Assembly (NCBI GenBank): GCA_007376185.1
Contig: VMFS01000001.1
Coordinates: forward strand, 10,768 to 74,767
Length of the DNA: 64,000 nt
Source of the DNA: Parcubacteria group bacterium Gr01-1014_30
Lineage (GTDB): Bacteria; Patescibacteriota; Minisyncoccia; Minisyncoccales; 2-12-FULL-40-12
Direction of reading: 5' to 3'
In this document: piece after piece, positions 28,958 through 37,830 of the stretch
Numbering within the stretch: position 1 is the first letter of the stretch
Layout: each line of letters starts with the position of its first letter
Position numbers and translations under genes: made by a program
The notes under the pieces: generated by a model
What the model was told of the DNA's origin: nothing
Seen by the model: the letters and a program-made list of their open reading frames with translations, nothing else
The model's database searches: none

Positions 28958-29566
28958 ATGGCTAGAGAATGGAAAAACGCTATCTTGGCAGGTTTTGTAA
29001 TTTTCTTGTTTTCGGCTGCCTGGCTTTACTTAAGACGTTGGGGTGCGCCTTTGAGCGAGGTTTACGTTAAGCTTTCTTTTTCGGGGGTTGCCGTCTCGGG
29101 AACCGCTCTAATTGCCATGGCTTATCTTTTTGGTTCTATGGCGCATTTCTGGCCAGAGACATGGGAGGCAAAAAAGGGGCTCCGCAAGTACTACGGGCTT
29201 TTCGGGTTTTATTTGATTGTGCTTCATTCAACGTGGGGATTTTTATATCTGTACCCATCGTTTGTCGACTTGCCCTTTATTCTTGGTATTTTGGCGTTTC
29301 TTGTCTTTTCGGTCGTGGCCTTTGCTTCTTTATCATTCGTTGCCGAAAGAATGGCGACTTCTGTCTGGCTTTTTGTTCAACGATTGGGGTACTTGGCGCT
29401 TTTGCTGGCCACTGTGCACTTCGCTCTCCTTAAATGGAGGGGATGGCTGGCCTTTTCAAGCTGGCCTTATTTTCTGCCGCCTTTGTCTTTGCTGCTCTTT
29501 ATTTTTGTGACGTTTGTTTTTATAATGAGAATACTTACATGGATACAGGGAAGCAAAAAATCTTAA
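28958..29566 (+). CDS. Ferric-reductase-like/MsrQ-like transmembrane protein
   Basis: RKYYGL.G...LH, W..VQRLGY......H. Confidence 0.7.
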   Translation: MAREWKNAILAGFVIFLFSAAWLYLRRWGAPLSEVYVKLSFSGVAVSGTALIAMAYLFGSMAHFWPETWEAKKGLRKYYGLFGFYLIVLHSTWGFLYLYPSFVDLPFILGILAFLVFSVVAFASLSFVAERMATSVWLFVQRLGYLALLLATVHFALLKWRGWLAFSSWPYFLPPLSLLLFIFVTFVFIMRILTWIQGSKKS

Positions 29567-30243
29567 TAGTGTTTTACAGTTTGGGGGGCAGTTTGGCGAA
29601 AGTGGCAAAGGAAATCGCCAAAGGGGCAAAAGAGGTTGAAGGCACTGAAGTTGAAATAAAAAGAGTGAAAGAGCTGGTGGCAGATGAGGTTTTTGAAAAA
29701 AACCCGAGAATGAAACGGGATAAAGAAATGCTTGAAAAGGAATTTGAAGAAGCCGCGGTTGAGGACTTGATTGAGGCCGACGGCGTTGCCATTGGCACGC
29801 CCGTGCACTTTGGCTCTTTCGCCTCTCAAATAAAGCAGTATTTAGATCAGCTCTCGCCCGTGTGGCTTGAAGGAAAGCTGGTCAACAAGCCGGTTTCGGT
29901 TTTTTGCGCTTCGGGCTCCCTGCACGGGGGAGAAGAAGTGGCTCTTTTTTCCTTGTTGTCGCCGCTCATTAACTTTGGTATGATACCAGTTGGCATACCA
30001 TACCCTATACAAGGAGAAGGCCCCGAGTTTGACGCCGGCTCCCCTTTTGGTGTGGTTTACGTTACGGGCCACGGGAAAAACAGAAAAGAGTTTTCCGAAT
30101 CCGACAAAAAAGTTGCCAGAATCCTGGGAAATCGTTTGGCCACCATGACCAAAATAATCAAGTGCGGCTGTGACAGCTGCAAGGTCTGCCGCTCAATGGC
30201 TCAACTGCCGAGTTCCGCGTCAGCGAAGCGAGGCGCTCACTAA
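29539..30243 (+). CDS. wrbA: NAD(P)H:quinone oxidoreductase, WrbA family
   Basis: IVFYS.GG, ADGVAIGTPVHFG, HGGEE, GSPFG; probable start 29539. Confidence 0.88.
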   Translation: MDTGKQKILIVFYSLGGSLAKVAKEIAKGAKEVEGTEVEIKRVKELVADEVFEKNPRMKRDKEMLEKEFEEAAVEDLIEADGVAIGTPVHFGSFASQIKQYLDQLSPVWLEGKLVNKPVSVFCASGSLHGGEEVALFSLLSPLINFGMIPVGIPYPIQGEGPEFDAGSPFGVVYVTGHGKNRKEFSESDKKVARILGNRLATMTKIIKCGCDSCKVCRSMAQLPSSASAKRGAH

Positions 30244-30313
30244 GCTACGCTCAGCTCGCACCCGTCGCTTCGTTTGGGCGTGAGAGGAACGCAAAGCGTT
30301 CAGCGAACGGCGC
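30221..30313 (+). repeat. GCGAAGCGAGGCG...GAGAGGAACG..GTTCAGCGAAC repeat family
   Basis: Relatives at 6971-7019, 21189-21221, 49168-49196 and 56326-56393. Confidence 0.7.
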
Positions 30314-30319
30314 ACTGAA

Positions 30320-31042
30320 ATGCCGGAAAAAGCTAGGTTCAAAAGAATACTGCTTAAGTTGTCGGGCGAAACCTTGGGAGGGCGGGGAGGTTTTGGTCTT
30401 GACGTAAAAGCGGCTGAATACATAGCCGGAGAAATTAAGTCATCGAGCGACCTCGGCTGCCAAACTGCAGTTGTCATCGGCGGAGGAAACTTTGTTAGAG
30501 GAGAAAAATTATCCCACTTTGGCGTTGACCGCTCAACAGCAGATTACATGGGCATGCTTGGAACCGTGATTAACGGCTTGGCTTTGCAGAGCATACTTGA
30601 AAAAAAATTCGGCTTGGCAACGAGAGTCATGACGTCTTTTGAGATGAAAGCGGTGGCTGAACCATTCTTTCGCCGTAGGGCCTTGAGGCACCTTGAAAAA
30701 GGTAGAGTTGTAATTTTTGCCGGAGGCACGGGAAGCCCTTATTTTTCCACGGACACGGCAGCTGCGCTCCGCGCCTCGGAAATAGAATCTAAAGTTATTT
30801 TGAAAGCCACCAAAGTAAGAGGAGTTTACGAGAGCGACCCTAAAACCAACAAAAACGCCAAGTTCCTGCCGTCTATCTCCCACCTTGATATGGTAAAAAT
30901 GGGGCTAAAAGTAATGGATTTGACCGCCTTGACCTTAGCTATGTACAACAAAATTCCGGTAATTGTGTTTGACGTTTTTAAAAAGGGAAATTTGGTAAAA
31001 CTTCTGCTTGGACAAAAAATTGGAACTGAGATACGAGGGTAA
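30320..31042 (+). CDS. pyrH: Uridylate kinase
   Basis: LLKLSGE, GGGNFVRG, DYMGMLGT, FSTDTAAALRA. Confidence 0.96.
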   Translation: MPEKARFKRILLKLSGETLGGRGGFGLDVKAAEYIAGEIKSSSDLGCQTAVVIGGGNFVRGEKLSHFGVDRSTADYMGMLGTVINGLALQSILEKKFGLATRVMTSFEMKAVAEPFFRRRALRHLEKGRVVIFAGGTGSPYFSTDTAAALRASEIESKVILKATKVRGVYESDPKTNKNAKFLPSISHLDMVKMGLKVMDLTALTLAMYNKIPVIVFDVFKKGNLVKLLLGQKIGTEIRG

Positions 31043-31106
31043 TTGTGAATATCCTGTGGACAAAGCGCGGTTGACAAACTTTTGGCGGTTGTATAATCTA
31101 ATAGCC

Positions 31107-31230
31107 GAGGGGGTGCGGGATTTATTCCTTAAGGACACGGGACTCGGAGAAAGAGGTTAGATGTAGCTGTCTGGATAGGTCCAACTCCAGGGAATTCCAA
31201 ATTAACCGAATTCAGCGAGACCGCCCCCTC
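31107..31230 (+). ncRNA. Putative small structured RNA (6S-like)
   Basis: TTGACA and TATAAT upstream, 5'/3' closing stem GAGGGGG-GCGG/CCGCCCCCTC, terminator downstream. Confidence 0.5.
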
Positions 31231-31233
31231 TTC

Positions 31234-31266
31234 AAAAAACCCGGTCGGCTTGCGTCCGGGTTTTTT
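31234..31266 (+). terminator. Intrinsic terminator
   Basis: AAAAAACCCGG...CCGGGTTTTTT. Confidence 0.75.
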
Positions 31267-31295
31267 GATTAACGAACTTATGGTAAAATAAAAAC

Positions 31296-31865
31296 ATGAA
31301 AAGGGGAGAAAACTTTGAAATAGTCGTTTCAGGTGCGGCTCATATGACGCACTGCTGTTCAGGCATTAAAGAACTGTCTAAGGAAGTGGGGCGAGAAGTT
31401 GCTCGCCAGGGCTGCAACTTGGTTACCGGCGCCACCACTGGAGTCCCTTACTACGCGGCTCAGGGATGCAAGAGTGAGGGCGGTTTTTCCATTGGTTTTT
31501 CTCCAGCTTCCTCCGAAAAGGAACACTTAAAAACATACCGCCTGCCTTTGGACGCTTTTGATGTTATGATTTACACGGGCGCCGACTATGTGGGCCGCAA
31601 CGTTCTTATGACAAAATCGGCCGACGGCGTAATAATAGTTTGCGGCAGAATAGGCACTCTGCACGAATTTGCCACGGCCTTTGAGATTCAAAAGCCCATT
31701 GCGGTTTTAGAGGGCTCTGGCGGCACCGCCGACAAAATAAGGCAGCTTGCTTTGGGGCCTCACCGCGGCTTCACGAAAATTATTTACGAAAGAAGCCCAA
31801 AAGAACTGGTTAAAAAACTTATAGCCTTGGTTAAGGCAGAGAAAAAGAACAACCACAAGGTATAA
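31296..31865 (+). CDS. LOG/TIGR00725-like Rossmann-fold protein
   Basis: VTGATTGVP, GRN, GRIGTLHEF, GSGGTAD. Confidence 0.8.
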   Translation: MKRGENFEIVVSGAAHMTHCCSGIKELSKEVGREVARQGCNLVTGATTGVPYYAAQGCKSEGGFSIGFSPASSEKEHLKTYRLPLDAFDVMIYTGADYVGRNVLMTKSADGVIIVCGRIGTLHEFATAFEIQKPIAVLEGSGGTADKIRQLALGPHRGFTKIIYERSPKELVKKLIALVKAEKKNNHKV

Positions 31866-31896
31866 AAAGGTCGGAGCATTACAAAACTAACCAAAC

Positions 31897-32166
31897 ATGG
31901 CGCAAAAAACTCCTTTGTCGGAAGGGAAACCAATCGGCAAAGTAAGCCACTATTTTTCCAACATAGCCGTTGCCGTTATTGATTTGACTGGCGGCCTTAA
32001 TATTGGTGATACCATTAGATTCGTCGGCGGGGAAACCGATTTTTCACAGGAGATCTCGTCAATGGAGATTGATCACAAAAAAGTTGAAAAAGCCAAATCT
32101 GGCGACTCGGTCGGAACGAAGGTTGAACAGAAAGTCCGTGAAGGATACAAAGTTTATAAACTCTAA
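31897..32166 (+). CDS. Small beta-barrel protein (U32 peptidase C-terminal/EF-Tu domain II-like)
   Basis: IGKVSHYF..IAVA, VEKAKSGD.VG.KV..KVREG..VY. Confidence 0.7.
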   Translation: MAQKTPLSEGKPIGKVSHYFSNIAVAVIDLTGGLNIGDTIRFVGGETDFSQEISSMEIDHKKVEKAKSGDSVGTKVEQKVREGYKVYKL

Positions 32167-32207
32167 ACTATAAACCGTAAACTCTAAACCCTAAACTCTA
32201 AGCTTTT

Positions 32208-32633
32208 ATGGAGATTTTTATTCAGTTGCTTTTGGCCGCTCTTTTGGGTGGATTTATCGGCCTGGAAAGAGAATACAAGAAGAAGGAGGCCGGCCTCAGA
32301 ACCTATTCTTTGGTTGCTTTGGGAGCTTGTTTTTTTGTAATAGTCGCCTTCGAAAGTTTCAACGTTTTTAAAAATGAGGCGGCAGTGGATTTTGATCCTA
32401 CTCGCATAATCGGCCAAATTGCCGTGGGGATAGGTTTTCTGGGAGCGGGACTGATTATTTTCCGCGGTTTCCACGTTGAGGGCTTAACGACGGCCGCGGG
32501 CCTATGGGTGACGGCAGCAGTCGGAGTTGCCGTTGGAGCGAAGCTCTATTTGCCCTCGGTCTTTGTTGCTCTGTTGGCCGTTATTGTCCTAGCCGGCCTG
32601 CGGTTTGCCGAAGAAAAATTTTTTAGAAAGTAA
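32208..32633 (+). CDS. MgtC/SapB family protein
   Basis: IGLERE...AGLRT, DPTRI, GIGFLGAG, GLTTAA.LW. Confidence 0.93.
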   Translation: MEIFIQLLLAALLGGFIGLEREYKKKEAGLRTYSLVALGACFFVIVAFESFNVFKNEAAVDFDPTRIIGQIAVGIGFLGAGLIIFRGFHVEGLTTAAGLWVTAAVGVAVGAKLYLPSVFVALLAVIVLAGLRFAEEKFFRK

Positions 32634-32917
32634 TGGAAAAAGCCAAGGCGCACATTTTTGTTTCTGGAAGTGTACAAGGCGTTCTTTTTCGCGACAGCGC
32701 CAGGAGAAAAGCCCGGAAGCTTAAGGTAAAGGGCTGGGTTAGGAACTTGCCAGACGGCAGAGTGGAGATAATTGCTGAAGGAGAAAAAGACAGAGTTGAA
32801 CAAATGATTAATTGGGCAAGAACAGGCACAATTTTAGCAAGGGTTGACAATGTTGACTTTGAGTTTGAGGAATATAAAGGAGAGTTTGACGACTTTGAAA
32901 TAAGGTATGCCCCGTAA
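32633..32917 (+). CDS. acyP: Acylphosphatase
   Basis: GSVQGVLFR, GWVRNLPDGRVE. Confidence 0.93.
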   Translation: MEKAKAHIFVSGSVQGVLFRDSARRKARKLKVKGWVRNLPDGRVEIIAEGEKDRVEQMINWARTGTILARVDNVDFEFEEYKGEFDDFEIRYAP

Positions 32918-32990
32918 TACAACTTCCAGTGCGTTTTTCCAAAGAGAAACACAAAACCGCCGGAGGCGACTGGAAGATGATATACGGGGT
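32909..32990 (+). repeat. Inverted-repeat element; second copy at 34890-34961 (minus)
   Basis: GCCCCGTAATACAACTTCCAG...GGCGACTGGAAGATGATATACGGGG in both copies. Confidence 0.85.
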
Positions 32991-33308
32991 ATGGGTAAAA
33001 TTTTCTGGACTACGCACTCAAAACAAAAAATGCGTTATTACCAGCTGTCGGAAAAAAGAGTTCTGAGAGTGTTGAGAAAACCCAACAGAAAAGAAGAAGG
33101 CATTGTTGATGGAACAATCGCCAATATGCAGATAGCTGGTACCAAGAAACGGCCAACTGAGGTTTGGACTATGTACGTAATTTTGAAAAGACCAAAAGGC
33201 GTTAAAATCATCAGTGCCTGGCGCTACCCCGGCAGGACTCCTCAGGGCCAAAGGCCTATTATTCCAGACGACGTTCTAAAAGATATACTAAAAGAGCACT
33301 TAAAATAA
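32991..33308 (+). CDS. Hypothetical protein (DUF4258/RelE-like pattern)
   Basis: WTTHSKQKM..Y.LSE.RV, EVWTMY, IISAWRYPG. Confidence 0.6.
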   Translation: MGKIFWTTHSKQKMRYYQLSEKRVLRVLRKPNRKEEGIVDGTIANMQIAGTKKRPTEVWTMYVILKRPKGVKIISAWRYPGRTPQGQRPIIPDDVLKDILKEHLK

Positions 33309-33320
33309 TTCTGTAAGATT

Positions 33321-34565
33321 ATGCAATTCGTCGCTGACTTTCATATACACTCAAAATACTCGAGAGCGACCTCAAAGGAGATGAACTTGGAACAGCTTGA
33401 CAAGTGGGCAAAGCTAAAAGGCATTAAGGTTTTAAGTTGTGGCGACTTCACGCATCCAGAATGGTTCAAAGAGCTGAAAGAAAAATTGGAGGAACAAGAG
33501 CCCGGGCTTTATAAACTGAAGAATTCCGCCAGCGGCACCAGGTTTATTCTTACGACAGAAATCAGCTGTATTTACTCAAAAAAAAATAAAGTTCGTAAAA
33601 TCCACATTTTGATTTTCGCTCCTTCGCTTGAGTCGGCGGAAAAAATTAACGCTAACTTGAGCTGGATAGGCAACCTGAAAGCTGACGGCAGGCCCATTTT
33701 GGGAATTGACGCAAAAGAGCTGGCCAAAATTGTCTTGAACGTTTCAGAAGAATGTTTAGTCGTTCCGGCTCATGCGTGGACGCCTTGGTTCAGCATCTTC
33801 GGGTCAAAATCCGGTTTTGACTCAATTGAAGAATGTTTTGAAGAATACTCCAAATATATTTACGCCATTGAAACAGGTTTATCAAGCTCGCCAGGTATGA
33901 ACTGGCGGTTGTCGACTCTAGATAAAATAACTCTTATTTCAAACAGCGACAGCCACTCTGCCAGAAAAATAGGCAGGGAAGCAAACGTTTTTGACACAGA
34001 ACTTTCTTTTGCCGCAATCGCTGAAGCTATAAAGAATAAAAACCCGCAAAAACTTTTATACACGGTTGAGTTTTTCCCCGAGGAAGGAAAATACCATTGG
34101 GACGGCCATCGTCTTTGCCAAGTAAGTTTGGCGCCTGAGGAGTCAAAAAAATCACAAAACATTTGCCCAAAATGCGGTAAAAACTTAACGATCGGTGTGC
34201 TGAACAGGATTGAGGAATTAGCCGACAGGCCAGATGGTTCAAAGCCACCCCAAGCCATCCCCTTCAAAAGCTTGATTCCTTTAGAGGAAATAATTGCCGA
34301 CGCTCTGGGCGTATTGCCAGGCGCCAAACAAGTTGAGTCTGAATACAAAACCTTAACTGAAAAATTTGGTTCTGAGTTTGAAGTTTTGCTGAACGTTTCT
34401 CGCCAAGATTTAGAAAAGGCCTCATCTTCAAAAATAGCTGAAGGCGTTGAAAGAGTGCGAGAGGGCAAAGTTCAAATTTCTCCGGGCTACGACGGTGTTT
34501 ACGGGAAAATTAAAATTTTCTCTGAAGGCAAACCAGCACCGTCAAGTCAAAAGTCGCTTTTTTAA
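33321..34565 (+). CDS. PHP-domain endonuclease Q-like protein (TIGR00375 type)
   Basis: ADFHIHSKYSRATS, PAHAWTPW, ETGLSS, SNSDSHS, GKYH, CPKC, PGYDG.YG. Confidence 0.88.
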   Translation: MQFVADFHIHSKYSRATSKEMNLEQLDKWAKLKGIKVLSCGDFTHPEWFKELKEKLEEQEPGLYKLKNSASGTRFILTTEISCIYSKKNKVRKIHILIFAPSLESAEKINANLSWIGNLKADGRPILGIDAKELAKIVLNVSEECLVVPAHAWTPWFSIFGSKSGFDSIEECFEEYSKYIYAIETGLSSSPGMNWRLSTLDKITLISNSDSHSARKIGREANVFDTELSFAAIAEAIKNKNPQKLLYTVEFFPEEGKYHWDGHRLCQVSLAPEESKKSQNICPKCGKNLTIGVLNRIEELADRPDGSKPPQAIPFKSLIPLEEIIADALGVLPGAKQVESEYKTLTEKFGSEFEVLLNVSRQDLEKASSSKIAEGVERVREGKVQISPGYDGVYGKIKIFSEGKPAPSSQKSLF

Positions 34566-34577
34566 CTTTTATAAACC

Positions 34578-34604
34578 AAAAACCCCGCTATAAGCGGGGT
34601 TTTT
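34578..34604. terminator. Bidirectional terminator
   Basis: AAAAACCCCGC-TATAA-GCGGGGTTTTT between convergent genes. Confidence 0.8.
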
Positions 34605-34621
34605 GCGCTGCTCGCGAGATA

Positions 34622-34825
34622 CTAGAATCTCCTAGGTCTGCTGTCACGAAACTTTCTCATGCAGTCCTGACACCTGATGGTGTCCAAGCGCGCCGGGTCT
34701 GGCTGAAAAGGCAGTTGGGTAACCGGAGTTCCGCAGTCCTTGCATTTGATGTTCATTTCGGTTACGTCGTACATCTGCCTTTGGAAGCCGCCTGAGCGGT
34801 TTTCGTCAAACTTTTGAAATGCCAT
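34622..34825 (-). CDS. Small zinc-ribbon protein (CxxC-x17-CxxC-like)
   Basis: RQMY...CKDCG....LPFQP......CQDC. Confidence 0.8.
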   Translation of the reverse strand: MAFQKFDENRSGGFQRQMYDVTEMNIKCKDCGTPVTQLPFQPDPARLDTIRCQDCMRKFRDSRPRRF

Positions 34826-35014
34826 GTAATTTGAGTGTTAAATAAAAAGCGACCTTTTTTGACTTCTAAGCCGCTTTCTACTTAACTTTGCCCCGTATAT
34901 CATCTTCCAGTCGCCTGCGGCGATTTGCGCGCGGAGCGCGCTGGAAGTTGTATTACGGGGCTTTGGCTTTTTAAGCTTACTTAAGATATCCAACGACTTA
35001 TACTGTCTAGAGCC

Positions 35015-35042
35015 ATTATACACTACTCAAAAGAAATGTCAA
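35015..35042 (-). promoter_or_regulatory. Sigma70 promoter for the zinc-ribbon gene
   Basis: TTGACA-16-TATAAT. Confidence 0.7.
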
Positions 35043-35308
35043 CTGCTCTGTGTATCTTTACAGTACGGCTCGAAACCATTTTCTGAAAAATTGCTAACGC
35101 AATTTTGAAACTTCTCCAAATCCGCTCGGGTGCGGCGGAAGGAGGGGGCAAAAAGAAAAAGGGATAATAATTTGGAAAGAAATTCGCGAAGTTCTTTTTT
35201 CGTTTTGGCTTGATTATTATTGACATTTCTTGTAATGTGATTTTGGTATTAAGCCCGATTGTCGGGCTTAAATCGTACATTCCCAACTAAAAACAGGAGG
35301 ACAGCGAC

Positions 35309-36148
35309 ATGAATGACCGAAACTTCCGACAGATGCTGGAAGCCCAGTGGTCTCGCGGCAATTTCGTCTGCGTCGGACTCGACAGCGAGTTTGGCAAGAT
35401 TCCAGAATCGGTAAAAACGGATCGTCGGGAGGACTACATAGAGACCGTAGTTGACTTCAACAACAAGATCGTTGAGGCAACGAAAGACCTCGTGTGCGCC
35501 TACAAGCCGAACGCCGCGTTTTACGAGGCGCACGGCGTAGAGGGTATGAGAGCTTTGCGCCATACGATCGAGAACATCCATCTGATGGCGCCAGACGTTC
35601 CGGTGATTCTCGACGCGAAGCGCGCGGACATCGGCAATACCAACGCGGGCTACGTGGATGCGGCATTCGGCTTTCTGCGTGCGGACGCAATCACAGTGCA
35701 TCCGTATCTCGGAGCCGAAGCGCTTCAGCCATTCCTCGCACGAGCGGAGAAGGGTGTCATCGTGCTTTGTCGCACTTCCAATCCGGGCGCGGGCGAGTTT
35801 CAGGATTTGTCCGTGAACGGCGAGCCGCTCTATCGCTTCGTCGCGCGTCGTGTAGCAAGCGAGTGGAACAAGAACGGCAACTGCGCGCTCGTCGTGGGCG
35901 CAACGTATCCCGATGAACTCCGCGAAGTCCGCGGACTCGTCAGCGATATGCCGATTCTCATTCCGGGCATCGGCGCGCAAGGTGGCGACGTGGAGAAGAC
36001 CGTTTCCGCGGGCAAGAACAGCCGCGGACAGGGCATGATCGTGAACTCCTCGCGTGGCATCATCTTCGCCTCGAAAGGCGCGGACTTCGCGGAAGTGGCT
36101 CGACGCGAGACCGAGAAGCTCCGCGATCTCATCAACCAGCACCGATAG
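35309..36148 (+). CDS. pyrF: Orotidine-5'-phosphate decarboxylase
   Basis: CVGLD, YKPNAAFY, DAKRADIGNT, LVVGAT, PGIGAQGG, NSSR. Confidence 0.96.
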   Translation: MNDRNFRQMLEAQWSRGNFVCVGLDSEFGKIPESVKTDRREDYIETVVDFNNKIVEATKDLVCAYKPNAAFYEAHGVEGMRALRHTIENIHLMAPDVPVILDAKRADIGNTNAGYVDAAFGFLRADAITVHPYLGAEALQPFLARAEKGVIVLCRTSNPGAGEFQDLSVNGEPLYRFVARRVASEWNKNGNCALVVGATYPDELREVRGLVSDMPILIPGIGAQGGDVEKTVSAGKNSRGQGMIVNSSRGIIFASKGADFAEVARRETEKLRDLINQHR

Positions 36149-36163
36149 AAAGGAGGTGAAATC

Positions 36164-36799
36164 ATGAACGAGCAAGAAGTTCTGCAAGTCCTCGGCAAGG
36201 TCGGAGCGGTCATCGCCGACAGCCACATCGTCTACACGTCAGGGCTACACGGCACGGCATACGTCAACAAGGATGCGGTCTATCCGCACACTGCGGAAAC
36301 GTCCCGCCTCTGCCGCGCAATCGCCGAGCGGTTCGCGGATGACAACGTGCAAGTGGTCATCGCCCCAGCAATCGGCGGCGTGATTCTCTCGCAGTGGACG
36401 GCACATCATCTCTCCGAAATGAACGGCCACGAAGTGTTCGGAGTCTACGCCGAGAAGTCCGAAGGCGGAGACGCCTTCGTCATCAAGCGTGGCTACGACA
36501 AGCTCATCGCTGGCAAGAATGTTCTGGTGGTGGAAGATGTTCTCACCACTGGCGGCTCTGCCAAGAAAGTGGTCGAAGCCACGCGAGCCATCGGCGGCAA
36601 CGTCGTTGGTCTCGGAGTCCTCTGCAACCGCGGAGGAATCACGCCGCAAGATGTGGCAGACGTTCCGAAGCTCACATCGCTCGTGAACGTGAAGCTCGAC
36701 GCGTGGGACGAGGCAACTTGTCCGCTTTGCGAGCAGAACGTTCCGGTCAACACGGATGTCGGCAAGGGGCGCGAGTTCCTCGCACGCAAGCAAGCATGA
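36164..36799 (+). CDS. pyrE: Orotate phosphoribosyltransferase
   Basis: SGLH, VLVVEDVLTTGGS; directly after pyrF. Confidence 0.9.
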   Translation: MNEQEVLQVLGKVGAVIADSHIVYTSGLHGTAYVNKDAVYPHTAETSRLCRAIAERFADDNVQVVIAPAIGGVILSQWTAHHLSEMNGHEVFGVYAEKSEGGDAFVIKRGYDKLIAGKNVLVVEDVLTTGGSAKKVVEATRAIGGNVVGLGVLCNRGGITPQDVADVPKLTSLVNVKLDAWDEATCPLCEQNVPVNTDVGKGREFLARKQA

Positions 36800-36817
36800 A
36801 TCCGCAACGGGTTCCAC

Positions 36818-36856
36818 GGGTTCGCTATCGTAAGGTAGCGAACCCTTTTTCTTTTT
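36818..36856 (+). terminator. Intrinsic terminator
   Basis: GGGTTCGCTATC-GTAA-GGTAGCGAACCC-TTTTT. Confidence 0.85.
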
Positions 36857-37009
36857 GTAGAAATTTCAAGGAGCAAATTTATTGCGAAAACAAATTTTTT
36901 CAGCTATCATTTAGTTGTATTTGTTTTCGCAATTGTCGGCGCAGAGTAAATCAAGCTATACACTTAAATTACTCTCAATGAGCTTGTCCAACAGCTTAGA
37001 GGGCGGGGC

Positions 37010-37081
37010 GGGTCTACCTTGGGGTGGTTATACAACAGACCCAGGGCTCCTGTTCCCCTCCTTTAGGAGGGTGGACAGGAG
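37010..37081. other. Structured two-hairpin motif, copy A
   Basis: Homologous to 39297-39368 with compensatory stem changes. Confidence 0.65.
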
Positions 37082-37127
37082 AACTCGCGAAGCGAGTTTA
37101 ATTAACGAAGTAATTTTGCGGGCTCTA

Positions 37128-37583
37128 TTATAGCGGGCAATCAACCACTGCCCAGCCGCCGTCTGCCAAACCAGTCCACTCCATTACTCCGATTACATCA
37201 AAGAACAAGCTGACAATTATCCAAGCGGCGTAAATCAAAACCAATCCGATTATTGTCCAAGTGAAGGTTTGCTTGGCTCTTGAAAGCAAAGCTGGACCCC
37301 CCTCTCCTCCCTTTGCCACCACGCCAAAGTAGGCAAACACATACATAAACCCGCCGATGGCTATCATTAAAATGGCTAAGGGTGGAACAATCCTGGTTAA
37401 AAGGTACTGAACTACGTTTTGGAAAAGAACAAAGATGTGACAAAGCTGACACGCTGGCTCATCTTGCCCTCCGCAAGGCACGAGCCCAGCCGCAAAAGAA
37501 ACCAAAGGCATGAGCAAGATTCCCAGAATAATCGTTATAAACAAAATTGAAAATTGAAAATTGAAAATTGAAAATTTCCCCAT
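37128..37583 (-). CDS. TrbC/VirB2-like pilin
   Basis: Signal peptide, GLVPCG...CQLCH, two TMs with GG...AK..TW.IIG pattern. Confidence 0.8.
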   Translation of the reverse strand: MGKFSIFNFQFSILFITIILGILLMPLVSFAAGLVPCGGQDEPACQLCHIFVLFQNVVQYLLTRIVPPLAILMIAIGGFMYVFAYFGVVAKGGEGGPALLSRAKQTFTWTIIGLVLIYAAWIIVSLFFDVIGVMEWTGLADGGWAVVDCPL

Positions 37584-37659
37584 GGTGCGCCTGGTAGGAT
37601 TCGAGCCTACAGCCTGCGGTTCCGAAGACCGCCGCTCTATCCGGTTGAGCTACAGGCGC
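37583..37659 (-). tRNA. tRNA-Arg(TCG)
   Basis: Cloverleaf GCGCCTG...CAGGCGC-ACCA, anticodon loop CTTCGGA. Confidence 0.92.
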
Positions 37660-37702
37660 GCAAGCCTACTCTACCACAAAAATTGAAAAAAACAAGAAAA
37701 TC

Positions 37703-37816
37703 AATTAGAATTAGGAATAAAGAATGGGAATTTTGAATAAAGAATTTAGAGAAACCCCCTTTATTCTGAACCCTATATTCTCACCCTTAATTCTTAATTC
37801 ATAATTCTGTATTCTT
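37703..37816. repeat. 7-bp periodic inverted array
   Basis: (AGAATTA/GAATAAA)n ... (ATTCTTA)n. Confidence 0.7.
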
Positions 37817-37830
37817 GTTTGCGTTTTAAC

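Noticed and set aside
35249..36981. Long antisense and alternative-frame ORFs over pyrF/pyrE
   Set aside because: Expected from GC-rich codon usage; no recognisable motifs.
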